IMG/VR virus record: IMGVR_UViG_2706796243_000001 | Direction: 5' to 3' (one strand) | DNA from: a virus | Taxonomy: Duplodnaviria; Heunggongvirae; Uroviricota; Caudoviricetes | Length of the DNA stretch: 64,000 nucleotides | In this document: in pieces, positions 47,050-55,705 of the stretch | Layout: each line of letters starts with the position of its first letter | How positions within the stretch are numbered: position 1 is the first letter of the stretch | Translations under genes and position numbers: made by a program | Notes under the pieces: generated by a model | Databases searched by the model: none | What the model saw: the letters and a program-made list of their open reading frames with translations, nothing else | What the model was told of the DNA's origin: nothing

Positions 47050-47214
47050 TTATTTATGGGGTTTCTTTTGCGAGCTTTCCGCACTATGTAGATGCCTGCC
47101 AGTAATCCAAGAAGATACGCTCCTGACACTTGTTCCCAGAACATCCATTGAGTAATAGACAGTATCACAAGATACGGGATAATGCAAACACAAAGCAGCA
47201 AAAAAATTCTTCAT
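47050..47214 (-). CDS. Small hypothetical protein
   Basis: MKNFFAAL...; GGGAG SD; fills the gap. Confidence 0.45.
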   Translation of the reverse strand: MKNFFAALCLHYPVSCDTVYYSMDVLGTSVRSVSSWITGRHLHSAESSQKKPHK

Positions 47215-47218
47215 AAGT

Positions 47219-47749
47219 TCAGGCTCCCTGGGGGTCCGGCTTTTCTTTGTAGTAGATGTGGTTATCAATACTGACCGTGCGAATCATCGCCTTGGTCCAG
47301 TAAGGCTTAACCTTCTTTGAATGATAATACGTAGATCCCTTGGTGATGTCAATGGCATCATAAACAATTTTGTTATTGTTGTGGATCTTGGTCAATACCT
47401 CTGCGAACTCCTTGGCCTTTTCCCAACGATCTTTCTCATACACTTTGAAGCTTGTACTGTAGGATGTCCAGGAAAACTGCCCCGGTTGGTAGACAATCTT
47501 CTTCACCGTCCGAGGAAACTTATCATTGTCTTTTCGGTTAAGCGTCACAAAAGCTATTGACATAAGACCATGATCGCTTTCACCACGGGCTTCACGATAC
47601 ATATTACATGCCAAGATGTTTACCGCTGTATCATCTTTTTTACAAAGATGAATCACCTTGGGCTTCTTTGCGTTTTCTTTGGCTAAGACTGGTGTGGTAG
47701 TCAGAGAAAATGCACAGGCGGTTGCCAGGATTATTGCTTTTATTTTCAA
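47219..47749 (-). CDS. SleB-like cell wall hydrolase (Hydrolase_2) with signal peptide
   Basis: LACNMYREARGES, VTLNR..., IVYQPGQFSW, TKGSTYYH, IDNHIYY; TTG start with GGAG SD. Confidence 0.9.
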   Translation of the reverse strand: MKIKAIILATACAFSLTTTPVLAKENAKKPKVIHLCKKDDTAVNILACNMYREARGESDHGLMSIAFVTLNRKDNDKFPRTVKKIVYQPGQFSWTSYSTSFKVYEKDRWEKAKEFAEVLTKIHNNNKIVYDAIDITKGSTYYHSKKVKPYWTKAMIRTVSIDNHIYYKEKPDPQGA

Positions 47750-47764
47750 ATCTTGCTCCAAATT

Positions 47765-47785
47765 AAAAAGCCCCAAGAAAGGGGC
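47765..47785 (-). terminator. Terminator GCCCC-TTTCTT-GGGGC-TTTTT
   Basis: Follows the stop at 47792; overlaps a weak TTGATA-18-TTTAAT promoter match. Confidence 0.7.
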
Positions 47786-47791
47786 TATCAA

Positions 47792-48196
47792 TTAACGGCG
47801 GGAGATGTCGCCTGAGACAGTTTTCACATTACCTTCGATCTTTTCTGCATAAACATCCCCGGACACTGTGGTAACGTCCCCCAGTGCGCCGTGCTCAACA
47901 TGAACATCACCAGAAGTTGTCTTGATATTGCCAGCATTTACGCCGTAAACATTGACATCACCAGCAACAGTGGAAATACCCTTGGTGTCACCATGAATAA
48001 CCACAGTGATGTTCTTCTCTTGCGTGGTGTGAACTAACTCGCCGTTGATGTAAATGTTATCACCACGGGAAGTAATGTTCATATCACCACCAACAACGTT
48101 ACCATTGATGATGGTATTGCCATTGATACTTATAGAGTTTACCACGTTATCCTCCATTTGTCTTCTCTTCACATTTAACCACTCACGCAGTCCCAT
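47792..48196 (-). CDS. Beta-repeat protein (DUF4097-like)
   Basis: Repeats TVAGDV, TTSGDV, TVSGDV, TVSGDI. Confidence 0.8.
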   Translation of the reverse strand: MGLREWLNVKRRQMEDNVVNSISINGNTIINGNVVGGDMNITSRGDNIYINGELVHTTQEKNITVVIHGDTKGISTVAGDVNVYGVNAGNIKTTSGDVHVEHGALGDVTTVSGDVYAEKIEGNVKTVSGDISRR

Positions 48197-48359
48197 TTAC
48201 AGCCTCCAGATCTTCCTCTGGGTACAAATACATACCCACAGAATCGAAAGAGTATACCCAACCACTAAAGTAACAGCGACTAGTTATGCTTAGTATCCTG
48301 CCGCTAAGAAGATCCTTTACTTTCTGTCCCACCTCAAACTTGGGTTTCGGTTTTTCCAT
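48183..48359 (-). CDS. 58-aa SH3-like protein not in the ORF track
   Basis: MEKPKPKFEVGQKVKDLLSG...EEDLEAV; fills the gap. Confidence 0.6.
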   Translation of the reverse strand: MEKPKPKFEVGQKVKDLLSGRILSITSRCYFSGWVYSFDSVGMYLYPEEDLEAVNGTA

Positions 48360-48516
48360 TCTTCACAATCCTCGCTTTTTGAACTGAGAAGACAAAGGTA
48401 GCATGTTCTTCCACATATTGTCTACCCTGTTCTTCATCCTCGAAGATTAAAGTTTCACACTGCGCCTTCAAAGGCTTGTCTTTAACCGCACGGGTTGTGG
48501 ATACGATAAGGGCCAT
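48334..48516 (-). CDS. Hypothetical protein
   Basis: MALIV start coupled to the ligase stop (TAATG). Confidence 0.65.
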   Translation of the reverse strand: MALIVSTTRAVKDKPLKAQCETLIFEDEEQGRQYVEEHATFVFSVQKARIVKNGKTETQV

Positions 48517-49553
48517 TACAGCCCCTCGTTCAGTTTTTGCATGTACCAACCACGAGATTTGTTGCTGATAAATTTGGCAACATCCTTCATGGTTAGGGCA
48601 TTCGCTTCCAGAACATCACCTTCTTCCTTGTTGATGTCACGGCTAACCCAACCGATGAACTCACCGATCTTGGTCTGGTCGAGACCCACTTCACCCAGAC
48701 CCTGCTCCAGACGGTTTTCAGTGACCGCATACTCGACAAACTCACGGATATTCTGTAGGCGTACCGGATCAACTTCTGCCAGGGTCTTGACCTTGGAGAC
48801 AGAATGTTTCTCGCCTTTCACTTTGAACCACAGACCGGAATCTTGTGCCAGTTCAATGCTCTTTGGAGACCACACGATCCCTTCACCGACACCCTCAACA
48901 CCGAAGAACTTACCAGCAGGGCATTGAGCTTCCACCTGCAAGGTCAGCGTTGTCAGATCGTTCTGTACCATTTCCGGTTCGTTGAACGGGATATGCACGT
49001 ACCAGTAACCGAAATCCAGCACGTTGAAGATCCGCTGTTCCGGCAGGCCCATGCCGAAGATTGCGCTTGGTGGCAACCATTTCAGTGAGGTTTCTTTCTG
49101 ACCGATTGCAACACGGAAGATGGCAAAGAACTGCTCAACCTCACTGACTGCGACACCTTTCTGAATACCGCGACCAGCCCATTCACCAGCGATTTCAACC
49201 GGGAACTCGAACGGGACTTCGTTGATTTCGCAGATGTGTTTTACCTGGTCCAGCAGTGCTCCAGTATCTTTACGCACCATGAACGCCATGAAGCCGCTGT
49301 TATCCTGCTCAAGAGACAGAACACGTTCTTTGGACTGAAACACAACTTCATCTTCGGAGTAAAACACAATGCTCCCGTTGGTCCCGTGGATCTTCACAGT
49401 CCCCACGTATGGCAGGAGAAACTCAGTCGGGTTAACAACCTTGCGTTTTACGCAGCCGTTTTCATCAATACCGTCAAAGGTAAGACGGTCGTGGACAGAA
49501 CGGATCACCTGACGGAACTGGTTAGTGCTTGGGTATTTGATAGCTTTAGTCAA
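48516..49553 (-). CDS. rnl2: RNA ligase 2 family
   Basis: KIHGTN (motif I), GEWAG, F.IF, EGIV, FKVK. Confidence 0.88.
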   Translation of the reverse strand: MTKAIKYPSTNQFRQVIRSVHDRLTFDGIDENGCVKRKVVNPTEFLLPYVGTVKIHGTNGSIVFYSEDEVVFQSKERVLSLEQDNSGFMAFMVRKDTGALLDQVKHICEINEVPFEFPVEIAGEWAGRGIQKGVAVSEVEQFFAIFRVAIGQKETSLKWLPPSAIFGMGLPEQRIFNVLDFGYWYVHIPFNEPEMVQNDLTTLTLQVEAQCPAGKFFGVEGVGEGIVWSPKSIELAQDSGLWFKVKGEKHSVSKVKTLAEVDPVRLQNIREFVEYAVTENRLEQGLGEVGLDQTKIGEFIGWVSRDINKEEGDVLEANALTMKDVAKFISNKSRGWYMQKLNEGL

Positions 49554-49826
49554 TTATTTCTCCTCCACATACACTTCGTTACCGACTTTCAGGGTGCGCT
49601 TCACAGAATCTGCTTGGGTGACAACCCATTCGCCGGGAGATAAACGTTTTGTGGCCTCCTGGAAATATTCTGGGGTCACACGATAGGTCAGATTAGCCTC
49701 TACGGACAGAACCCCTTCTTCCGGATAAGCATCTTTCGTTGCATCTGCAAGCAGCTTAAGGATGTCATCACGCCACACCGGAAGCAAGGAATGCCAGCAG
49801 GCACACGTTGTCCAGTCGATAAGCAC
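49554..49826 (-). CDS. Hypothetical protein
   Basis: 90 aa, in operon. Confidence 0.55.
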   Translation of the reverse strand: MLIDWTTCACWHSLLPVWRDDILKLLADATKDAYPEEGVLSVEANLTYRVTPEYFQEATKRLSPGEWVVTQADSVKRTLKVGNEVYVEEK

Positions 49827-50100
49827 TGTTCATCGTGATGGCGTAGATGTCACGCTCATGAATGATCAGTTCTTTTACAACAGAGGTTCGGATATCGCCA
49901 TTGTCGAAGCCGCGATTTTTCAGATCACGATAACAAAAGCCTTTGATGCACCGAACATCCTTCGTGTCACCAAAGCCGTAAAAAGGACGGGCATTGGTAA
50001 GTGCGCCAGCAAAACGCTTACCACCAATGTATACCGCTTCCTGTTCGGTCTGACCGATACCTGCTACAGATTTACTCATTGTCATTTCTCTTCTCCTCAA
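49768..50100 (-). CDS. Hypothetical protein
   Basis: G.CYRD....FDNG.IRTS.V....T.NS.Y.L phage motif. Confidence 0.7.
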   Translation of the reverse strand: MRRREMTMSKSVAGIGQTEQEAVYIGGKRFAGALTNARPFYGFGDTKDVRCIKGFCYRDLKNRGFDNGDIRTSVVKELIIHERDIYAITMNSAYRLDNVCLLAFLASGVA

Positions 50101-50290
50101 TTAAAGACTTAACCAGCAGTTCGTTAACACAGACTACAACATAACGATTCTGGTTGTCAAATTTTATTTTCTTGCCAAGGTTCCAGGCGTTTTTTGCAGC
50201 GCCGGAACTTATCCAACCGATCTTTGCTTTATGGTGCCACAGGCAGTCATCCTCTTTATCATAGATGACGTAAACGCTGTCCTTACTCAT
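50072..50290 (-). CDS. Small protein, paralog of 50283..50483
   Basis: YVI.D....W...K..W.S.G.AK.A motif. Confidence 0.7.
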   Translation of the reverse strand: MSKDSVYVIYDKEDDCLWHHKAKIGWISSGAAKNAWNLGKKIKFDNQNRYVVVCVNELLVKSLIEEKRNDNE

Positions 50291-50483
50291 AAATCACCCC
50301 TGCGGTGGTTACCTTCGCGATCTTAAATCGGTCCTGCTGGGAGTACAGACAACGCAGCGGATTGTATCGACTTGAACCAAAAGCAGACTTCGCTGTTCCC
50401 GCAGAAGGCCATGATGTCTTGTCGTTAGCAGACTTCCAGAAGGTTGCATTGTGGGTATCAATGATAACGTAAATTTCTTCCAT
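50283..50483 (-). CDS. Small protein, paralog of 50072..50290
   Basis: Same motif; TGATG coupling. Confidence 0.7.
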   Translation of the reverse strand: MEEIYVIIDTHNATFWKSANDKTSWPSAGTAKSAFGSSRYNPLRCLYSQQDRFKIAKVTTAGVIYE

Positions 50484-50665
50484 CAGTCATCCCCCTCGTG
50501 TTTCCACCCAAGGGATTCAATCCACTCATTAGCCTTTACGAGATTGTCAACATCATCTCTAGGATCTTCATCTGTCATCAAGATGAGTGCATATTTTTTT
50601 GCCACGAGGAGCACTGTATGTAAATACAGTTCCATCTGTTGCATATACATCCACACTTTTAGCAT
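50483..50665 (-). CDS. Hypothetical protein
   Basis: 60 aa, in operon. Confidence 0.55.
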   Translation of the reverse strand: MLKVWMYMQQMELYLHTVLLVAKKYALILMTDEDPRDDVDNLVKANEWIESLGWKHEGDD

Positions 50666-50692
50666 GGACCTTCATTCCAGGAAATAGTTCAA

Positions 50693-50881
50693 TCATTTCC
50701 AGTCTCCGTTGATAATTCGCAGCACCACAAGATTAGTGAAGTACACAGGCCAGAGCAAGCCCATGCATATAGCAGCAAAGAGATCTACACTATCGACTCT
50801 CCCGAAATCTCTCTGCGTCCTCTTAATGAAGATGTAGAATCCAATGAATGCTATCAAAAGATAGATAATTTCCACCATCAT
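50693..50881 (-). CDS. Small membrane protein
   Basis: Two hydrophobic segments with ICMGLLWP. Confidence 0.7.
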   Translation of the reverse strand: MMVEIIYLLIAFIGFYIFIKRTQRDFGRVDSVDLFAAICMGLLWPVYFTNLVVLRIINGDWK

Positions 50882-51369
50882 TTTTTCTCCGGTAAAATAT
50901 ACACCGTTACATCACAATCGTGGAAGATTGATTTGATCATTGCTTCGATGACATTCCAGTCACCCCCTGCAAGCCCAGCACCTAGTTTAGGGAACCCGAT
51001 TCGATAGATGTCCATAGGGCCGTCTGTATAGCTCTGTAAGAGCTTTTTCATTTCAACCATCGAATCGTACAGGGCATTGTAATCGAGGTCCCTGAGACCC
51101 TGTTTACGACGATTATAGCCGTATTGTGAGTAAAGATTAAATCCTGCGAGAGACCCATCATTCAAAAAGGCCACTGTACAGGTTCCCAGCTTGGTCTTGT
51201 CGCCCTTCTCAGTTTTCAGGTCGGCAGCGTACATTTTTGGGAACGCCTCTTTGATTAGAGGAGCGATCCCGCTTCCCATCGTGCAATAACAATTGCAGCC
51301 ATGCGCGAATACATTGACCTCCCCAGATTTCACAGCCTCAATCAGGTCACCTACTTTATACTTAAGCAT
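50878..51369 (-). CDS. Macrodomain (Appr-1-p processing) protein
   Basis: GDLI, HGCNC..TMGSGIA, NLYSQY, FPKLGAGLAGGDW. Confidence 0.92.
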   Translation of the reverse strand: MLKYKVGDLIEAVKSGEVNVFAHGCNCYCTMGSGIAPLIKEAFPKMYAADLKTEKGDKTKLGTCTVAFLNDGSLAGFNLYSQYGYNRRKQGLRDLDYNALYDSMVEMKKLLQSYTDGPMDIYRIGFPKLGAGLAGGDWNVIEAMIKSIFHDCDVTVYILPEKK

Positions 51370-51872
51370 CAGTCCTCCACTACAATGTCATGAATCGTTT
51401 TTACGTATGCTTGATAACATTCACTGGCTTCCTCCGCAGAGTCGAATGTTCCAAGGTGGGTTTTGCTATACACGGCATGGTATCTGAGTCTTGTCCACCT
51501 TTTATCTACGAATACACCACGGAAACCTGTTTGGTTCTTTTTACCCCTGCTATAATTATAAACGTTTACAAATTTCTGGACATCTCTCAGGTTTGTAATG
51601 CGGTTGTTATCTTTTTGTCGATCCTTGTGGTCAATAAAGTAAGTGGGCCATACCCCGTAATAAAAAGCCCAAGCAACCCTGTGTGCCAAGAAGTAAAAAC
51701 CTTTACCTTCAATTTTAACACCAAGCCTTACGTAACCGTCTTTTCTTTTTGTCCCAGCAACCTTTCCAAAATGACGACGAGCGAGAGGGTTTATACACGT
51801 AAACAAACCTGTCTCAGGGTCATATGAGAAGGAAGATTTAAGCGCCTGCAATGCCTCTTCACTCTCCTTCAT
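51369..51872 (-). CDS. Free-standing HNH-AP2 homing endonuclease
   Basis: AHRVAWAFYYG.WP...IDHKDR..DNNRITNLR plus GFRGV..., HLGTFDSAEEA. Confidence 0.9.
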   Translation of the reverse strand: MKESEEALQALKSSFSYDPETGLFTCINPLARRHFGKVAGTKRKDGYVRLGVKIEGKGFYFLAHRVAWAFYYGVWPTYFIDHKDRQKDNNRITNLRDVQKFVNVYNYSRGKKNQTGFRGVFVDKRWTRLRYHAVYSKTHLGTFDSAEEASECYQAYVKTIHDIVVED

Positions 51873-51873
51873 G

Positions 51874-52056
51874 TTATTTCTTCACCTCATCACACTCGTA
51901 TGGGTAAACGTCAAGGTCACCACCTTTCCATTCACAACGATAATATTCAATGAAAGTCCCGTTATAAACCTCTTCCAAAACATCGAGGACATCTCCAGCA
52001 CGGGGATGGTCTAAGCGGTCGCTGTAGTTGCAGTTCATTTTTACTTTCATGCACAA
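51874..52056 (-). CDS. Hypothetical protein
   Basis: 60 aa, in operon. Confidence 0.6.
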   Translation of the reverse strand: MCMKVKMNCNYSDRLDHPRAGDVLDVLEEVYNGTFIEYYRCEWKGGDLDVYPYECDEVKK

Positions 52057-52256
52057 CTCCTCTCTTTAAAAGCGTCCATGCTTTCACGAGCTTCAGCCTT
52101 CGTCTTAGCACAGACAACAAAAATACGCTGACGCTGGTATGTGTAACCAGCCATCACCATGTCAAAGCGATCAATCCACCAAACCTCGTTGATCTCTTTC
52201 AGCGGAAATTTGAACTTTGCCATTAGCGATTGTACCACGCTACGTGGGTCGCCCAT
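52047..52256 (-). CDS. Hypothetical protein
   Basis: 69 aa, in operon. Confidence 0.55.
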   Translation of the reverse strand: MGDPRSVVQSLMAKFKFPLKEINEVWWIDRFDMVMAGYTYQRQRIFVVCAKTKAEARESMDAFKERSCA

Positions 52257-52426
52257 TCAGGACGTGGACTCCAGCAACTGATGTCGGACTCATAATTTTC
52301 ATCAGGACACCAGTACCCATTTCCATCATCAGGAATGAAGGCACCGCATTTTACACAGCAATCCCATGAATGTACATCCATCACATCGGCATAATTAGGA
52401 ATTGGACGAAGTTTCTCTTTTACCAT
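52223..52426 (-). CDS. Hypothetical protein (GAF..DDGNGYW...HVAWYNR family)
   Basis: Start moved to ATG 52426 (GGGGG SD). Confidence 0.7.
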   Translation of the reverse strand: MVKEKLRPIPNYADVMDVHSWDCCVKCGAFIPDDGNGYWCPDENYESDISCWSPRPEWATHVAWYNR

Positions 52427-52713
52427 AGTTCCCCCTTCATGAGAACAATTCTGTTCCGTTGTGCGAAATCCCTGACAAAGTGAACATATTCTTTGTCGTG
52501 CTCCGCTATCTTGGCTAATATAGCCCCAGCACTCTCTCCAGCCATCCAGGAAGATTGACAAAAACCATTGTCTTCACGGATGTGGCAGTTCTTTGCGTCT
52601 GGGCCGTACTGATCCTTCACATATTCTATGTCAAGAGAGCCTAAACGAACAAAACGTTCATCACCATCTTTATCAAGGATATAAATATACCCGAAGCTAG
52701 GTCTACGCATCAA
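52420..52713 (-). CDS. Hypothetical protein
   Basis: 97 aa; TGATG coupling. Confidence 0.65.
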   Translation of the reverse strand: MMRRPSFGYIYILDKDGDERFVRLGSLDIEYVKDQYGPDAKNCHIREDNGFCQSSWMAGESAGAILAKIAEHDKEYVHFVRDFAQRNRIVLMKGELW

Positions 52714-52897
52714 TCACGCTCCATCCCTCATCCTGCCATGCCTCGCCAAGATACCAACCAGCCATGTTGTATCCCATTTCGCACACGATTTGCCCGTTCT
52801 TCATCTCGAAGAACTCCTCTGGAGTAAAGTATTGGTTGCGTACCTTTTTACCTTCACGCATAGCCTGCTGTGCTTCTTTCCAGTTTAACTTAGTCAT
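52703..52897 (-). CDS. DUF2829/Tad2-like small protein
   Basis: LNWKEAQQAMREGKKVR..F...F.M..G...W...W..EGW.V resembles the DUF2829 pattern; GAGG SD. Confidence 0.5.
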   Translation of the reverse strand: MTKLNWKEAQQAMREGKKVRNQYFTPEEFFEMKNGQIVCEMGYNMAGWYLGEAWQDEGWSVIDA

Positions 52898-52930
52898 TGA
52901 GTTTGTCCTCGCTTTTGTTTGTGTGAGCAA

Positions 52931-52959
52931 AGAATAACAGCCCCACTTGGGGCTGTCAA
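52931..52959 (-). promoter_or_regulatory. Sigma70-like promoter TTGACA-17-TATTCT with palindromic spacer
   Basis: ACAGCCCCA-x-TGGGGCTGT-type inverted repeat spans the spacer, right after the AAA stop. Confidence 0.75.
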
Positions 52960-52962
52960 CGA

Positions 52963-54171
52963 TTAATTTACGATTGCATCAACACCTTCAGCAAAATTCT
53001 TGCGGTATTCTGTGATGATCTGCATTACTACCGGGTATTTACCCAACAATTTGGCAGGTAAGCGCTCACGATCACCCGACAACAGGATTGCTTTTCCAAA
53101 AGAGTTCTCTTGGATGAAGGACATAAACACAGAACTCACGAAATCACGGTTCGATGACGTATCATGCTGACCAAAATTGTCATACATGTACTGCAAGAAG
53201 TTCGCAGCAAAGTCAATAACCTGATCATCTGTGTACTCTTTGTTCTGAATTGCCTTACGCAACCAGATTGAACCCTGAGAGCCGAGGGTCCATAACACAT
53301 CTGAGGTGTCTGACCCGGTGTGCTTCTTGATCGATCCGTCCATAACCCCCTCGATAGGAACCATATTTGCAATACGGGTGTGATAATACCACAACTCATC
53401 GGTCAATGCTTTGCCGATAGATCCTTGTAGAGCGGCTCGTGCCAGGCGGGTGGACAAGATACCTGCATCATAATCGTACAGGATATCACTTGCGGTAACC
53501 CAAGTACGAGGTGTGGCGTATGAAGGGGAGTTGATTTCCAACATCTCCTCATAGTTTTCCAGTTTACCTGGGTTTGCACCGATAAACGCAACAACGTTGT
53601 GGTGAACATCGTTGTGCAGGGCATAATCTTGCAGCCAAACAGTCGTGTCGTAATCGAGTTCAACCAGGATCATACGGTTAGCCAGAGGTGCTTCCAGCAT
53701 ACTTACCGCAGTACCATCGCCGGGACGGTTGCCTGCACCTGCAAACACCGCTCCTTTCGGGAACATGTAGGTGCCAATACGGTGATCCAGCATGATCTGG
53801 TATGCAACCTTCTGAAGGTAAGGCTCCGCATGAAGAAGCTCATCCAGGAACACGATACCTTTCCAGTTAGGATCTTCAGGCCAGAAGTTAGGGATCGCAT
53901 AAACGGTCCGGGTAACACCCTTGTCGTCTGTGACCGGGATCTGTACGCCCACAACATCTGACGGCTCTTTATCCGCAAGACGGAAATCGATCAGGTTGTC
54001 GTCACGTTCGCCAAACAGCATGTTTGCGACCTGCTTCATTGCCTGACTTTTCCCTAGGCCAGCACCACCGAACATCATCAGCGAGCGCCCACGGCGCTGA
54101 CAGAAGCGCATTAAATCCGGGATGTCACGTAGGGTGATCCGGTTATCATCAAAAATATTACGACTCGACAT
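52963..54171 (-). CDS. MoxR/AAA_5-like ATPase
   Basis: GGAGLGKSQ Walker A, FLDEL Walker B, AGNRP.D, PLANR arginine finger, ATPRTW; start moved to ATG 54171. Confidence 0.9.
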   Translation of the reverse strand: MSSRNIFDDNRITLRDIPDLMRFCQRRGRSLMMFGGAGLGKSQAMKQVANMLFGERDDNLIDFRLADKEPSDVVGVQIPVTDDKGVTRTVYAIPNFWPEDPNWKGIVFLDELLHAEPYLQKVAYQIMLDHRIGTYMFPKGAVFAGAGNRPGDGTAVSMLEAPLANRMILVELDYDTTVWLQDYALHNDVHHNVVAFIGANPGKLENYEEMLEINSPSYATPRTWVTASDILYDYDAGILSTRLARAALQGSIGKALTDELWYYHTRIANMVPIEGVMDGSIKKHTGSDTSDVLWTLGSQGSIWLRKAIQNKEYTDDQVIDFAANFLQYMYDNFGQHDTSSNRDFVSSVFMSFIQENSFGKAILLSGDRERLPAKLLGKYPVVMQIITEYRKNFAEGVDAIVN

Positions 54172-54394
54172 TCGTTTGTCTCCTTTCTTCAAGATAATTT
54201 GCAATTACTCCCTCAATTTCTTCAGGGGCAATATCATTGTATAGGGTATGAATCCTCGTTGCAAGATCCTCAGAGAACATTTTTTCATCTGGCTCAAGCT
54301 TTTGAGCACCAAAGACTGCATACCATGCACGACGAGTCAAGCGGTGACGAGGAAGCGGCATGACTGCCGCATCTGAAAAATCTAAAGCTCTCAC
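54158..54394 (-). CDS. Hypothetical protein
   Basis: 78 aa; GTGA coupling. Confidence 0.6.
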   Translation of the reverse strand: MRALDFSDAAVMPLPRHRLTRRAWYAVFGAQKLEPDEKMFSEDLATRIHTLYNDIAPEEIEGVIANYLEERRQTNVES

Positions 54395-54771
54395 TTATCC
54401 ACCCACACAGAACTACTATCACACCAATCATAAAACAGGTCCATCGCCTCGTTGAACTGCGCCATCGGGGTATCTTTGGATATTTCACAGATCTCATCAT
54501 CGCAAACATTTTCGTTTGCAATGAGACGGGCCAGCATGTCACGGTGCTCTTTAAGAGTCGGTACTGATTCGAACATGTCTTGAACCTCTGTCAAACGAGG
54601 GTCCCAGTCGTGTCCATCAATCATGTGTTGTGGAAACTTACGTTTTATTCGACGTGCGATCTCTTTTGCAAGTTCATGAACAGTCTTATCTGTCCACTCT
54701 TCTGGACCGCACTCACCATTACGTTGACCCCACACATCACGCAAATCAAACCGGGTTCTCCAGTTACGCAT
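54391..54771 (-). CDS. Hypothetical protein
   Basis: MRNWR start with GGAG SD; FN.AM..FYDW.D....WV ending. Confidence 0.7.
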   Translation of the reverse strand: MRNWRTRFDLRDVWGQRNGECGPEEWTDKTVHELAKEIARRIKRKFPQHMIDGHDWDPRLTEVQDMFESVPTLKEHRDMLARLIANENVCDDEICEISKDTPMAQFNEAMDLFYDWCDSSSVWVDK

Positions 54772-55273
54772 TGTTCTTCTCCTTCTTAGTGATAATGAAT
54801 GTATCATCAGAGTTGATCCACATCCCGTCTTTTTCTACTGCAAGCAGGCGTTTACCAAACAGATTACCAACAGCAACCCCCTCCCATTTCCGGGGCATTT
54901 CTTCGTCAGGAAGAATAACCTCCACATGAAATTTGCCTGGCAGGTGTTTGATATTGTGCTGTAACAAACTGTTTTTGCTAGGGTCTTTAACCCATGCCTT
55001 CAACTTACCATCATAAACGTAACGCGTGTTTTTATGATACAAGTAATTTCCCCAACATGTTCTGATGATGTTGTCAACCGTGACTTTTACCCGACGACCA
55101 CTTTCAAACTGTGCCTGAATCAAAGCTGATTTCAGTTCAGAGGCACGATTTTTATAGTAGGTAAGGTGTTCTTCTTTGCGATCAGAGCGCTTCAAGAGGT
55201 AGTCCACAATCTCCGCATCGCTCTGCCCTTTACTACGCCTTAACTCGATAGCCTCTTGTAAAGATTTGTTCAT
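54764..55273 (-). CDS. Hypothetical protein
   Basis: MNKSL start with AAGGAG SD. Confidence 0.7.
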   Translation of the reverse strand: MNKSLQEAIELRRSKGQSDAEIVDYLLKRSDRKEEHLTYYKNRASELKSALIQAQFESGRRVKVTVDNIIRTCWGNYLYHKNTRYVYDGKLKAWVKDPSKNSLLQHNIKHLPGKFHVEVILPDEEMPRKWEGVAVGNLFGKRLLAVEKDGMWINSDDTFIITKKEKNNA

Positions 55274-55274
55274 A

Positions 55275-55484
55275 TCAAAGCTCCTTAATGGATTCAAGGT
55301 CAAGGTAGTCATCACCACCCACCACTTTCCCGTCAGTTTTACGATACTTCACGGCTTTTCCTGTCTCTGAATGCTGGTAAGACATCCAGTAACGAGATGT
55401 TTCGCGAAGTTTCTCAGTCCACGCCCAGCCGAGGCGGGGTTTTTTGACTGTGCCTTTGTGGGTGTAGCCTTGATTTCTGGACAT
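55275..55484 (-). CDS. Hypothetical protein
   Basis: MSRNQ start with CAGGAG SD; LRET..YW...KYRK.DG motif. Confidence 0.7.
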   Translation of the reverse strand: MSRNQGYTHKGTVKKPRLGWAWTEKLRETSRYWMSYQHSETGKAVKYRKTDGKVVGGDDYLDLESIKEL

Positions 55485-55705
55485 TCTTTGCTCCTGTATA
55501 GAGTCACTTTGTAAAGATTTTGATCGTAAACACAAAAGGGTCTTGACACCGGCCCGCTCAATTTGTATCTGCGACTTACCTGAATGTAACCACGTTTCTC
55601 CAACTTGAGAACGAGCTTACTCACTCTCCACGAGGGCATCCCCAGCAGGAAGCCCATCTGTTTCTGAGTATACTTGTTTGTGCGAAGCAGTGTCAAGAGA
55701 TTCAT
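55349..55705 (-). CDS. Winged-helix (MarR-like) DNA-binding protein
   Basis: TQKQMGFLLGMPSWRVSKLVLKLEKRGYIQV. Confidence 0.7.
   Translation of the reverse strand: MNLLTLLRTNKYTQKQMGFLLGMPSWRVSKLVLKLEKRGYIQVSRRYKLSGPVSRPFCVYDQNLYKVTLYRSKECPEIKATPTKAQSKNPASAGRGLRNFAKHLVTGCLTSIQRQEKP

Noticed and set aside
55349-55484. 136-nt overlap of the MarR-like ORF tail with the next gene as functional dual coding
   Set aside because: The extension is low-information; more likely a lost stop codon at a formerly coupled junction
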